From Guillardia theta CCMP2712 (lineage: Eukaryota > Protista > Cryptophyta), in the NCBI RefSeq assembly GCF_000315625.1, contig NW_005434577.1, positions 36,267-100,266 of the forward strand: a stretch of DNA of 64,000 bases, read 5' to 3'. A program made the translations under genes and the position numbers. The notes below the pieces were generated by a model that saw only the letters and a list, made by a program, of their open reading frames with translations, made no database searches and was not told the DNA's origin. Within the stretch, counting starts at the first letter, position 1, and each line of letters begins with the position of its first letter. Below are positions 35,901 through 51,845 of the stretch, piece after piece.

Positions 35901-38202
35901 GCGCTTGTTCGCCTGGTTCTTCGTCATGGCATCGAGCTCCTTGATCATTTCCTGGTACTCGTCCTTCCACTCGATCCCCAGCAGCACGCAGAACTCCTTG
36001 AAGTCGATCTCCCCGCTGTCGTCCTTGTCCACACTCTTCATCATGTTGGTCAGCTGCTGCTCCGTCAGGCGCTTCCCCATCGCCCTCATGATCGCGTCCA
36101 GCTCCATGATGTCGATCGAGTCGCTCTTGTCGAAATCGAACGCGCGGAAGGCGGCGCGGGCCTCTGACAGCTGATTCATCTTGTCTCCCTTCATCGCCTG
36201 CGCGTAGTCGATGGGCGTCGCTCGTACCCCGAAGATGCTGGCAAAGTCAACCCACCCGATCTCTCCCTTCCCCTCAGTGTCGATCTGCATGATGATGTCC
36301 TCGATCTGAAGAGGGTCCAACGGCCTTCCCAGCTTCTCCATCACCTTTCCCAGCTCGTTCGCATCGATGGTCCCGCTCTTGTCCGCGTCGAACTCTTCGA
36401 ACACCTTGAACAACTGTTCGCGCTGGTCAGAGCTCTCTCAGCTGATCACAGTGCGCTCTCAACCTCTTCCTCCGCCTTCTTCTGCTGGTCAATCTCCTCC
36501 GGCTCCATCATCAGCATCATCACCTCCAACACCCGTCAGGTCTCGCCAACCTCAGCAGCATCTTCTGCACACCTTGATGAATTCCTCCTTGAACATGTAG
36601 TCCCAGCACAACCTCTTCTGAAACATCGCCGCCTTCTCTACCCTGTCATGCTTACGTTGGATCACTTTCTCCATGGCAATCCTGGCTGCTAGTCAGTGCA
36701 AAGGTATCGAAAGATCACTCATGGTATCATCCTTGCCTCAGATCTTTGAGCAGGACGTCCAACCCAAGTTTGTTCATCGCCTGCCATGGCGACCTCTAAG
36801 TGCCGCAAGGAACAAGACCACCTCCTTGCACCTGCAGCAGCTCGCCGTCCACCTCCAGCGTACCGCCCTTGTCTGTATCCAGCTGATCGAACAGGTTCCC
36901 GAACACTGCAAGCTCTCGAGTCATAAGGGAAAGGGAGAGTTGAAGGGAGGAGGGGAGACGAAGGGAGGAGGGGAGACGAAGGGAGGAGGGGAGACGAAGG
37001 GAGGAGGGGAGACGAAGGGAGGAGGGGAGACGAAGGGAGGAGGGGAGACGAAGGGAGGAGGGGAGACGAAGGGAGGAGGGGAGACGAAGGGAGGAGGGGA
37101 GACGAAGGGAGGAGGGGAGACGAAGGGAGGAGGGGGAGGGGAGACGAAGGGAGGAGGGGAGACGAAGGGAGAAGGGGAGACGAAGGGAGGAGGGGAGACG
37201 AAGGGAGGAGGGGAGACGAAGGGAGGAGGGGAGGTACTTGTTGAGAGCTCAGACTCCTTCGAGTCTCTGGTTCGGTTCCTAGCGTCCTCGATGGCCTTCA
37301 AGAACTCCGGCGCCATGTTGAAAGTTGCTCGTTGTCGAGGAGCCTTTGGGGCGTTCGTGTCTTCATGCGATGCCTTGCTGCTTCCAGAAGACCCGACTCG
37401 CTCGAGCTCCTTCGGATGCGACGTTGAGTTCGGCTCTAAGTTCTCTTTGAACTCCTGCTGTCTCGTCAACAAGAGGAAACGTCCTTCTGGTCATACAGAC
37501 CGTTTCATCCCCTCCTTGACCTCTGCTGGAGACCTGCGAAACATCTTCATTGCCCTAGACTGAGATGCATGCACCTACATCTGAAGTGAAGTTGATCAGA
37601 ACGACAAGGATCAGTGGGAAAACAAAGCTCACCTGGCTTGTTCTTGCTTCTTCCTTTCTCTTTCCCTGCTTTATCCTGATAGTTGATACATTCATGAGAA
37701 CTATCAACATAGAGATCCATGCACTTACTGATTCGTTCGCGCCATTCGCTTCAAGAGGATCTTCTTCGTCGATCTCTCCATCTATCGTCCTCCTGATGGC
37801 CCCACCTGCCTCCTCCTCCTCCTCCTCCTCCTCCTCCTCCTCCTCCTCCTCCTCATCCTCATCCTCATCCTCATCCTCCTCCTCCTCCTCCTCCTCATCC
37901 TCCTCCTCATCCTCCTCCTCATCCTCCTCCTCATCCTCCTCCTCATCATCATCTTCATCCTCATCCTCGTCCTCATCATCATCGTCGTCGTCATTTCCTT
38001 TTTGCTGCTTACCGCCAACAAGGTCCTCATTGTCATCACCATCACCTGGCTCCTCCTCCTCCTCCTCCTCCTCCTCCTCCTCCTCCTCCTCCTCCTCCTC
38101 CTCACCCTGTTCTCCTTCCGAGTTGTCCTCTTGACCCCCTTCCCCATCGTCGTCCTCCTCCTCTTCCTCCTCTTCCTCCTCTTCCTCCTCTTCCTCCTCT
38201 TC

Positions 38203-38238
<36 letters not shown>

Positions 38239-38301
38239 TTCTTCCCCCCCCTCGCCGCCTTGCTTCATCTCCTCCTTTGCATCCAGCGCTGTCTCAGGCA
38301 T
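32954..38301 (-). CDS. Large multi-exon protein: acidic N-terminus, multiple EF-hands, WD40 propeller, probable split C2 domain, further WD40 repeats
   Basis: The 474-aa exon has EF-hands (DADKSGTID, DFDKSDSID, DKDDSGEID) and WD repeats (GH...W[HNS]). Downstream exons TPQWRKEMYF..LELTV..ELGS..WYVV..RGSVRLKFSY are C2-like, and WRAHSGP-VVDLCFS..SVIRWD is WD40-like. Gene ends are inferred. Confidence 0.7.
36945..37230. repeat. 18-bp intronic minisatellite (GGGAGGAGGGGAGACGAA)n
   Basis: Seen directly in the sequence. Confidence 0.95.
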
Positions 38302-38532
38302 TAGCAAGCTTTTCCAACGAACATGAAGGAACTTTTGGCTTTGGGTTAATCTAAATCGCTTGTAGGAGAGATTCGCCGGATGATTCCCAAAACTTTCATA
38401 GATAATTCAAAAGAATTAGTATAATTGAAATATCAAATTAAATTTGATGGAAATAAACGCCTCATTCGGAAAAATCTTGACGGCCCTAAGAACATGATTG
38501 GGGAAGTACCGTACGGCAGTCTCCTGCTGGTT

Positions 38533-38690
38533 GTCTTCGTACTGATTTTAACTTACCTTTGAGTAAACTCAGTTGTATTGGCCCGGAATCATCTGTCTTC
38601 GTACTGATTTTAACTTACCTTTGAGTAAACTCAGTTGTATTGGAATCATCTGTCCTCGTACTGATTTTAACTTACCTTTGAGTAAACTGC
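38533..38690. repeat. Three ~58-63 bp tandem copies with core CGTACTGATTTTAACTTACCTTTGAGTAAACT, between divergent genes
   Basis: Seen directly in the sequence. Confidence 0.9.
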
Positions 38691-38824
38691 CGGACCTGGG
38701 TCAGATTGGCCTTCCCGAACATCTGATGTCGGCAGTGTCTGCCGCGGCCCGCGGGGGGACTCCGAGGCCCGGGAATTCGGAGTGATATGTGGGGGGATGA
38801 GGGCAACAACAATCTACGAAAAAC

Positions 38825-40433
38825 ATGGGCGAGGACAAGAAAGATAAGAAGGACAAGAGGGACAAGAAAGATAAGAAGGAGAAGAAGGAGAAGAAGGAGA
38901 AGAAGGAGAAGAAGGACAAGAAGGACAAGAAGGACAAGAAGGACAAGAAGGACAAGAAGGACAAGAAGGAGAAGGAACAGAGGGACAAAAAAGAAGTTTC
39001 TAACAAACATTCCTCGTCTGACGACGACGAAGCTGCGGGGGATAGCAAAAGCGCACCAGACAACAATTCAATCGGGCCCTCCATCCCAAGTGGATTCAAG
39101 TTTCCAGCACCCAGCAGTCAGGATGACAGCGAAGAGGAGGCTGGGCCAGCGGCTCCCAGCAGCAGCCCTACGCAGGCAGCCCAACAATCGCAGACGGCCG
39201 TAGGAGGAGGAGCAAGGAGAGCAGGACCAGCTCTCCCCGAGGGCATCGACCTCGCCAAATTAGCTCAGGAGACATCTCAGGTAGATTGGCAGCAGAAGGC
39301 ATTGGAGGAGGAGGAGGAGGAGGAGAATCTAGTTGGACCGGTGCGTCCCGACCAAGTAACGAGGGGTTACGTGATGGCGAGCATAGCGGCTGAGCAGCGT
39401 TTGTTGAACGAAGCGTTGAGCAAGATGGAAGAAGACGAGGAGGCTAAGGCGCCGAAGCATGAGGGCTGGTGAGTCAACTGTGTTAGCCCTCCCTGCTGTG
39501 AAGTCGTTCACCGTCGTCTCAGGATGACTATGATTCCGGACTCCAAGGCGTTGGGGTTCTCGGTCGCTCAGCTGGAGGAGATGCAGAAGAATCGCAGGAA
39601 AGAGAGAGGAGGGTTGACGCTCAGCACGGGCTGACATGCGCGAGCAGTAGCTTCTCCAAGACTGACAAGGACCTGAGCGGCGACAAGTCTGCATGGACGG
39701 ACACCCCAGCAGAAAAAGCCAAGAAGGAGCGGGAGAAACAGTTGGGTCTTGATGGAGGTTGCTGATGACCTGCTGAGAGTGCAAGGGGGATGGTAACTGT
39801 GCGCAAGGGAGGAAGAGGAAGGAGACGGCTGCGGAGGAGATGGAGACGACCTCGCGTGCCGCATCGATCATCGAGCAATACAACGCTACAGTGAGTTTGA
39901 AAGGATGATCGCTAAGACGTTGAGAGATATGGATCATGACAGGTGAGGCCTAAGTCTCTCGTTGAGATCCACCAAGAACAGGCTCGCAAGAAGTCCAAGT
40001 CTTGTGCGTTGCCATGTGACGCTGTTACTGCGTGATCTGCTTTGCTCCTTTTCAGCTAAGGAAGGAGACAACTTTGAGCTCGGCAGCTGGGACAGGAGCA
40101 GCATAACAGAAACGAAAGTGAGGGATCCAAAGGTAGGTACAGGAGGAGGAGGAGGATGAGGAGGAGGGGAGGGTAACAAGAGTGAAATGCTCCTGACAAT
40201 CCTGGTGCAGTCTGTCAACAAAATGATCCAAGATGCCCAGGTTGACTGCCTTGTCTTCTCTTGCCCTCCCTTCCTCTGCCTTGCCCTGCCCTGCCTTCCT
40301 CTGCCCTGCCCTGCCCTGCCTTCCTCTGCCTTGCTCCCTTCCCTTGGCTAACCTCATCTACTTGGCGGTGTGTGACGTGGCGTGTCAGAATTTGAATTCA
40401 AGATTCGGTGGGGGGAAGTTTCATGGGTTTTAA
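38825..40433 (+). CDS. GPALPP1-like (DUF3752) protein, multi-exon
   Basis: GPSIP/GPALPE motifs, HEGWMTMIP, SAWTDTPAEK, IEQYN..RPKSLVEIHQ and terminal LNSRFGGGKF. Confidence 0.8.
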
Positions 40434-40578
40434 TAAGACACTGAGGGAAGCGATAATAACATGAGATAAACTTACGTGGCAAGGAAGAGGAGGGAGAAAG
40501 AGAAGAGGGAGCGAGAGGGAGAGGATGGTTGAAATACAGCATGCTACAGCAGTCATGTCTGTCATTTCCTTCCTGGAG

Positions 40579-44721
<4,143 letters not shown>

Positions 44722-45205
44722 GGCGGCGCTGGTCAAGAGTTGACGTCTCGACCGTTGATGGAGGAAACAAAAAACACCTTTACACCTCTGCATCAATTGT
44801 TTTTTTCAGTAAGGTCTGTTCAAATTCAAGTGACGCGGCCGGCCCCGGGCCCGGTGCAGGGCCCCTCAATCACCCCAGTCAAGTATTATTGATGTGGAGT
44901 AAATCTAACTTCATTCGTCGATATCATTACTGGCAAACATCACTAATTCAGAAACTACATCTAGCAATCCACAAGCATGTAAGTTTGAAACTGCTCTTTC
45001 GATATTGCATATCGCAGCGAACTCATGCTCCGATGTCTTCTTTTGTGCTTGACACAGAGAGTCGTGCTCACTCAGAATCCTTCGGATGATTTTACATCGG
45101 GTGTTGCCGTCAAGGGTTCTGAACGTTTCACAAACTGTCTGAATGAACAGCTCGGAGTCTGCCTTGGTATGCTTCTTTGGGGGACATGGATCAACATGCT
45201 CATCC

Positions 45206-45430
45206 TGTTGTATACACAACACAGAGGTTCAGAACGAGGCTAAGTAGAAGTTAGGAGATAACTTGAGAGCAAGAGAACAAAGGTAGACTACGTTTACTTA
45301 AGGTAAACTGCACACACGCACTGCGCACGGTAGTGCATGCGCGTCAAAGGGAGGCCCTATTTAGATGTCAGGGCGGATACTAAGTACCCGTACGAGTATC
45401 CGAGACGTCCGGATCCTCACGGATACAACA
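45206..45430 (-). repeat. 3' LTR
   Basis: TGTTGTAT...ATACAACA; one mismatch seen versus the 5' LTR. Purine-rich AGATGGGAGCGA (PPT-like) precedes it on the minus strand. Confidence 0.95.
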
Positions 45431-45502
45431 TCGCTCCCATCTGCGCTTGACAACATAGTTCCATCTTGTCCTTCGCTGTCACATGAGGATCGACGACGAG
45501 GA

Positions 45503-48500
45503 TCAATTGTCTGAATCAGAAGAGTCCGACGGCGGAAGCGCGGAGGTGGGGAGAGCTTGAAAGTCCTGACGGGCTTCGAATTGACGAATCAATTCACGCA
45601 ATCCTGTCTTGCGTTGCAGAAGATGCGCAGGCAACCAAGTGCTTTCGCTAGCTTGATTGTAACCAGTCCATTTGACGAGATATTGAGTGCCACGGCCACG
45701 ACGACGTTTGCTGAGAATGCTCTCGATTTCATATTCGAGGCCGTCGCGAGTGACGAGCGGGTCAGGCGGTAGGTCTGGCGACATGTAAGCAGGATCTCTG
45801 TCGACGTGAGGTCGAAGCCACTTGATGTTGATCACGGTGTTCCTGATGGAAGCAAAGCGCGATGAGACTTCGAGACGCACAGTGTTGTCCGAGACAAACT
45901 CCAGGATGCGAAAAGGGCCGACGAAGCGAGGGTTGAGCTTGGCAGAAGCGTCGGGAAGGTTGAGGTTGGCAGTGGAGAGCCAGACCATGTCACCAACTTG
46001 GTAACTGCAGGGTCGACGAGCAAGAGCTAGGCGATCCTCGGTGGCACGAGCAGCTTGTTCCAGGGCGTCACGAGCGGCTTGAGCGCTGACTTCAGAGGCT
46101 TCGATGATGGAATCTAACGTTTCCTCCTGATGATCAGCGGCAGCTGGAAGAGTGAGCTGAGTGCGGATCTGCTTGCCAAACATCACTTCGAAGGGGCTGA
46201 GTCCAGTAGGACGTCGCACGGCGGCGTTAAGATGGGTCTCCAGGATGGGAAGATACTTGTCCCAGTCGGCACGAGGGTACTGATTGCAGTAGATGCGAAG
46301 AGCTTCGAGCACAACTGAGTTCATACGCTCGGGTCGGCCGTTGCTTTGAGGCATGAAGGGCGACGAATGCTTGACGTGAACGTTGAGCATCTTGAAAAGC
46401 GCATTCCAGAACTTGGAGGTAAAGATGGCAGCGTTGTCGCTGATGAGAACCTTGGGAAGGCCTTGCGAACGAAACACTGTCTCGATGAACTTCTGAGCGG
46501 CTTGCTCAGAGGTAATGGTTTTACGACAAGGTGTCAGGTACACCCGTCCTGTGAACTCATCAATGAAGAGTAAAATAGAATCATTCTTATCTGAGGTCCG
46601 AGGTAGGCCAGTGAGGAGGTCGAGAGACACGACTTCGAATCGGTTGGCCGGCACTGCGTGGGAGTGCGGGTTGCCCATCTGCGTTTGGCGATAGGACTTG
46701 CCTTGAAGACAGTGAGTACACGAGAGGATGTACAGCTCGGTGTCCTTGCGGAGTTGAGGCCCGTAGACGGTCGCGGCGAGTTGTAAGTAGGTCCGCGAGA
46801 ATCCAAGGTGAGACTGCAGATCGTGAGCACGTTGCAAGACTTCGCGCCGAAGAGCTTGAGGAATGCAGAGGCGCACGCGACGTAACGAATCTGTGTAGAA
46901 GAGTAGGCCGTCGTCGAGATGATACCGGGAAACAACTGTCTTGGATTGCAGACGTCGAATGATGTCCTGACTGAACGAGCAGGCAGGGTAAGCGGCTCGA
47001 ATAGCTTCGGTAAGCGGTTCGAGGGTGCTCACGGTGAACGCAAGCAAGTATCCGTCTTCAGGACGGATGAGCTGCTCATGATGCGGAGCATCAGTGGAAA
47101 GGGCAGGGAGAGGAACTTCGTCCTGGCGGCTGAGAGCATCAGGCACGATGTTTTCGGAGCCTTTCACATAGCGAAACTCGGTGATAGCAAACTCGCTGAG
47201 GGTCTGGAGCCAGCGGATGAGACGACTGCTGAGCTCTTTCTGAGTTTGGAAGTAGGTCAAAGCCTGATGATCAGTAAAGACTTTGAACGCGATGCCAAGA
47301 AGATAAAAGCGAAAAAACAAGAGAGTATCCTTGATTGCAAGAAGTTCGCGCTCAGTGGCATGATGGCGCTGTTCGGTTGACGTAAGCTTGCGACTGTAGA
47401 AACCGACTACGCGAGCGGATCCTTGAGCGGGCTGTTGTAAAAGAACACCTCCGATACCGACATTGGATGCGTCGCAATGTACTTCCGTGGGCAGAGTTGG
47501 ATCAAAGTGATGAAGAATCGGCTGGGAGGTCAAGGCGGCTTTGAGAGAATCAAAGGCCTGTTGACACTCAACGGTCCAAGCAAAAGCGACGCCTTTACGA
47601 AGGAGATCAGTGAGCGGGGCAGCAATCATCGAAAAGTTTCGGATAAATTTGCGATAATATGACGCCAGTCCGAGGAACATTTTGACATGCTTGGCTGTAG
47701 TAGGCGTCGGCCAAGCGGAAATAGCAGCGGTCTTGGCGGTCTGCGTGGTCACACCTTCAGCAGACACATGATGACCGAGGAAATCGACACTGGTGCGAAA
47801 GAATTGAGCCTTAGATTTCTTGAGAAAAAGTTGATTTTGACGACAACGGTCCAAGACGGCTCGAACATGATCAGCATGTTCTTCCCATGTCGAATAGGTG
47901 CCGATCACGATGTCATCGATGTATGCGAATGCAGCCGGAAGATCATGAAGGACTTGTTGAATAAATTCTTGAAAGATGCTGGTGGCTGTAACAAAGCCGA
48001 ATGGCAGGCGCTTGTATTGAAAGCGACCTATGGGGGTGACGAACGCAACGTACTTGCGGTCGGAAGCGCGCACTAGCAGTTGCCAGAAGCTTTTGATACA
48101 ATCCAAGGTAGTGACGCAGAGCTGCGTGTTAGGACGTCTAGCAGCCTGACCTTGGCGAACGATGTCCGCGAGACGTTCGAGCATCTCGTCGACCGTGGGA
48201 GTAGAGACTTTCGGTTGATTCAAGACGACCTGGTTCAAGCGGCGCAGATCACAGCAAAAGCGATAACTCTTGGGATCAAGTGGGGAGCGAGGGTCGTTTG
48301 GGCGTCGAGAGAAGAGTACGGGAAAGCCAAACTCACTGGATGACGGCTCAATGATGTCATGCTCAAGCATATATTCGATGGTGGCTTTCAATTCGCCTTC
48401 CAGGTGAAGCGGCACGCGATATGGGCGGCTGTTAATAGGCAATGTCCCGGGCTTGAGATGAATCTCGGCTTCGAACGAGCGATTAAGCTTGAGGTTGGTC

Positions 48501-49360
48501 GGAAGGTCGTCGACCAAGATGTCTGCATATTCAGTGCAGAGGTCGGCAGCTAGGCGAGCTGGGGTACCCGTGAGGGGGTCGGTAGTGGATGCTGAGGACG
48601 AGTCCGGAGCGATAGCCATACATTGCACAAGGAACCACTCGTCCTCCGGATGGGCAGCGCGAAGGGCATGCGCATCCGTCAGCGAGAGTGTTGTGACGGC
48701 CAGCACAGAGTTGTCGTAAGGAATCTGGTGCAGACTTGGCAGACAGACGGGCTTGGCTGATGACTTGCTGTCCACGTAGACTTCGCGTGTCTTGGGATGA
48801 TAGACAGCGTTGTGAGCGTGTATCCACTGGAGGGAGAAGATCAGTGGCTGGGAACAATTCGGTAAGATATGAAACGTATCTGTAAAAGAAAGACGTCCAA
48901 TGCGATAGGTCAGCGAGATGGCGCCGAGAGTTTCCACGCGCCGATTGTCGGCGACTTGAACCACAAATCGATGTTCGCGAGAAATGCGAGTGTCAGCGAT
49001 TTTCAGCTGGCGAAGAAGTTGCTGGGAGACGATGTTGAGTGTAGCACCATGGTCCAGCAGAGCAACGGTTTCTGTTGCAGACGCATTCGAGGATGAACCG
49101 AAACAAACAGGTAAGCGAATGAGTTCGGGTAAGATGAGCTCGAGAGTAGCCGAATTGCAACTCTGACTCGGGGCCAAGCAGGGGCAGAGGTTGATCTGAC
49201 CCGTGGAAGAAGACGTGAGGGTGGTACACGTCGCAGGAGGCAGCACAAAAGAGCTTGGCAAAGACGTACGGGTGCTGGAACCTGGTAAGGGAGGGGCATT
49301 AAGCGAATTGCCGGCAGGAAGGTCTGTGGACCCCCTCTTTCCTGCCGTCACTCGTTTCCC
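45503..49360 (-). CDS. pol: Pol polyprotein (aspartic protease, RT, RNase H, integrase, chromodomain), entered by -1 frameshift
   Basis: ALLDHGAT, YIDDI, CDAS, HHCC zinc motif, DDE core and the chromodomain YEIESIL..YLVKWTGY..STW. Confidence 0.95.
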   Translation of the reverse strand, partial: GKRVTAGKRGSTDLPAGNSLNAPPLPGSSTRTSLPSSFVLPPATCTTLTSSSTGQINLCPCLAPSQSCNSATLELILPELIRLPVCFGSSSNASATETVALLDHGATLNIVSQQLLRQLKIADTRISREHRFVVQVADNRRVETLGAISLTYRIGRLSFTDTFHILPNCSQPLIFSLQWIHAHNAVYHPKTREVYVDSKSSAKPVCLPSLHQIPYDNSVLAVTTLSLTDAHALRAAHPEDEWFLVQCMAIAPDSSSASTTDPLTGTPARLAADLCTEYADILVDDLPTNLKLNRSFEAEIHLKPGTLPINSRPYRVPLHLEGELKATIEYMLEHDIIEPSSSEFGFPVLFSRRPNDPRSPLDPKSYRFCCDLRRLNQVVLNQPKVSTPTVDEMLERLADIVRQGQAARRPNTQLCVTTLDCIKSFWQLLVRASDRKYVAFVTPIGRFQYKRLPFGFVTATSIFQEFIQQVLHDLPAAFAYIDDIVIGTYSTWEEHADHVRAVLDRCRQNQLFLKKSKAQFFRTSVDFLGHHVSAEGVTTQTAKTAAISAWPTPTTAKHVKMFLGLASYYRKFIRNFSMIAAPLTDLLRKGVAFAWTVECQQAFDSLKAALTSQPILHHFDPTLPTEVHCDASNVGIGGVLLQQPAQGSARVVGFYSRKLTSTEQRHHATERELLAIKDTLLFFRFYLLGIAFKVFTDHQALTYFQTQKELSSRLIRWLQTLSEFAITEFRYVKGSENIVPDALSRQDEVPLPALSTDAPHHEQLIRPEDGYLLAFTVSTLEPLTEAIRAAYPACSFSQDIIRRLQSKTVVSRYHLDDGLLFYTDSLRRVRLCIPQALRREVLQRAHDLQSHLGFSRTYLQLAATVYGPQLRKDTELYILSCTHCLQGKSYRQTQMGNPHSHAVPANRFEVVSLDLLTGLPRTSDKNDSILLFIDEFTGRVYLTPCRKTITSEQAAQKFIETVFRSQGLPKVLISDNAAIFTSKFWNALFKMLNVHVKHSSPFMPQSNGRPERMNSVVLEALRIYCNQYPRADWDKYLPILETHLNAAVRRPTGLSPFEVMFGKQIRTQLTLPAAADHQEETLDSIIEASEVSAQAARDALEQAARATEDRLALARRPCSYQVGDMVWLSTANLNLPDASAKLNPRFVGPFRILEFVSDNTVRLEVSSRFASIRNTVINIKWLRPHVDRDPAYMSPDLPPDPLVTRDGLEYEIESILSKRRRGRGTQYLVKWTGYNQASESTWLPAHLLQRKTGLRELIRQFEARQDFQALPTSALPPSDSSDSDN

Positions 49361-50864
49361 GAGGATCGGGCCGAGATGGTTTGGAGGGCAGCCAACAGCT
49401 GAGTGTGGCGCTCCTCTTCACGAGAATACCTGTCTTGAGTAGCTTTCCAAGCTGGACAGTCGGGCTTGACATGTCCTTTCTCCTGGCAGTAGTAGCAGCG
49501 AACTTCGCGTGGTTTCTTAGAACCGCGTGCAGAATTACCTTTCCCTTGGGCAGAACCAGCGCCTTTTCCGCGAAGTTAACCAGACGAAGAGGAGGAGGCT
49601 TGAGCAGCAGCAGCAGAAGCAGAAGGTGTCGACATCGAGCGATTGGACGGCTCAAGTAACTTCTGTGTGTAGGCGACAAGTTGAGACGGTGCCGCTATGT
49701 TTTGAAAACATAGCGGCACCTATTCCGTAGTGGTCGCGATAAATGGCGAACCAGGTATGCAGCGAGCCACGCGTCTGAGCGTGAGAGAACCCATTGATGA
49801 AGAGACGTAAGGTCGTGTCATTGACGTAAAGAACTGCTGGGCTGACTTGCTTCTCAAGTGTCTTGAGCAAGGTCGTAGCACGCGCCAAATAAGCCCAAGC
49901 ATTCTCCGCAGAGGACTGCTTCAGCGGGCGCCATGCAGTTGCGGAGCTGATTGCCAAACTCGGTCCAGGAAAGACGATGGATGTCCATCTGCGAGGGATA
50001 GATACAATCGAGCATCACCATTACCTCTTCCGTAATCAACGGGCATATGGATTGCACCCATTTGGCTTCGGGGATCTCTTGCGAGGCCAGAGCTCGTGAA
50101 CACTGCCGAAGAAAGTCATCGATCGAACGTGTATCGGTCATACCCTTGTAGGTGGGGATGCGGCTCCCGTTAAATTTGGGCGCCACGGTGGGAGTAGGCA
50201 GAACTTGGAAAGTGTCCGTCGAAGGCGCGGATGGCGGAGTGAGCTGAGCTGGCACGATGCTGTCCGATGGGACCTTCAGGGGGACGGAATTCATAGATGG
50301 AGCTGGCATCGGCGTGAGGACAGCATCCGACAGGGGCGCCTGGCCGGTCAGCATGGAGAGCTGAGGCGCCAGCACGGCAAGACGTGGGTCATTGTCGGCT
50401 AAGATGGCACAAATGTGGCCGAGCAGTTGGAGGCATTTGTCTGTTTTAGCATCCAACGCTGCGAGGTGATCAGAAGAAAAATTTTCTGACCTGGGCAGAC
50501 ATGCAGGATTTGCAGAAGAGGCTGCTCGTGGTTGAGCTGTCTCGACTGATCTTGGAACATTTGGTTGGGAAGCGTCCTCCCCGATTCGGGCCCGTTGCTC
50601 CACGCCTGCTGGCATGATGCTTTGCATGTCTCCGCTCATAATAAGTTGTGTCGGGATAATCTCGGCGTCCGTTCCATGAGCACTAAGAATTTCCGTTTCC
50701 CGAGCAGGGGAGATCGATTCTTGAATCTCCATTCCCTCTTGTTCGCTACCAGAGTCTTCTTCTTGAATGAATCTTAACTCTGATTGTCTGCTTCTTGACG
50801 ATGGGCTTCTCCCTGAAGCAGCTTGCTTTCTGTATCCTGTTCCTCTACCGTACTTCGATGGCAT
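49348..50864 (-). pseudogene. gag: Gag with two frame breaks and one nonsense codon; CCHC zinc knuckle
   Basis: IPTYKG..IDDFL, LKQSSAENAWAYLAR and CYYCQEKGHVKPDC lie in three different frames. TAA at 49576-49578. Ends SGNE* over GGGAAAC. Confidence 0.8.
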
Positions 50865-50889
50865 GAATGAACCAACTTCGCTTCCAGAA

Positions 50890-51114
50890 TGTTGTATACA
50901 CAACACAGAGGTTCAGAACGAGGCTAAGTAGAAGTTAGGAGATAACTTGAGAGCAAGAGAACAAAGGTAGACTACGTTTACTTAAGGTAAACTGCACACT
51001 CGCACTGCGCACGGTAGTGCATGCGCGTCAAAGGGAGGCCCTATTTAGATGTCAGGGCGGATACTAAGTACCCGTACGAGTATCCGAGACGTCCGGATCC
51101 TCACGGATACAACA
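50890..51114 (-). repeat. 5' LTR
   Basis: Matches 45206-45430. Followed on the minus strand by the PBS-like TGGAAGCGAAGTTGGTTCA (50886-50868). Confidence 0.95.
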
Positions 51115-51329
51115 AGATGAACGGTTCGTTAAACAAGTCGAGAACGGTGGAACTCCAATGAATGAACTAGACCACCTGCACCTTGAACTTTCTCGCATCA
51201 AGCGCCCATTTGTACAGCAAGCTGCACAAGCCAAGGCCTTGAAAATTGCAGATGAAATAAGGCCAGTGGAAGGGTGTTCTACACGTCTAGTTCCTCTTCA
51301 GCCGCACAAGAAGAAAAGCCGTCAGATGA

Positions 51330-51600
51330 CAAATGTTCCTTTCTAAAACGAAACTGCTCCAGAAACTCTGCGTCCGTGAAATGTTCTGCAGATTTGAAAC
51401 TCCCTCGTGAATAAGACCTCATGTACGGTAGAGAAATCCAAATGAGGTGACGATGAAGTAATGCACACAAAGCATTTAACCTGCAGACAATCAACTTGGA
51501 AACAAACGATCCAAATCGAGAGCGGTGGAACCAATCAACATGCACACAAAGGATGTTGAGGAGCCATTTCACACGTCGTTTCGCAATGTATTGCTCCATA
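51330..51600 (-). pseudogene. Possible PIF/Harbinger-like transposase N-terminal remnant
   Basis: FTDAEFLEQFRFRKEHL resembles the DxxFxxxFRF/M motif. No DDE core present. Confidence 0.35.
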
Positions 51601-51663
51601 TGAGATAGGTGTGTGCGCCTGATGGATAGCATGTAACTCCTTGTACCATTTACTACACCCCTT

Positions 51664-51845
51664 ACCAAAAAATGAATTTAGGGGAGCTCCGAGAGCTCCG
51701 AGGGGATCTGGTACCAACAAACGAGGGATCTGGTACCAAAAAATGAATTTAGGGGAGCTCCGAGAGCTCCGAGGGGATCTGGTACCAACAAACGAGGGAT
51801 CTGGTACCAAAAAATGAATTTAGGGGAGCTCCGAGGGGATCTGGA
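51664..51845. repeat. 71-bp tandem repeat, ~2.5 copies
   Basis: ACCAAAAAATGAATTTAGGGGAGCTCC starts at 51664, 51735 and 51806. Confidence 0.93.

Larger units (their letters stand above)
45206..51114 (-). mobile_element. Ty3/Gypsy chromovirus LTR retrotransposon
   Basis: Two 225-bp TG...CA LTRs, gag, and pol in PR-RT-RH-IN-chromodomain order. Confidence 0.96.
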
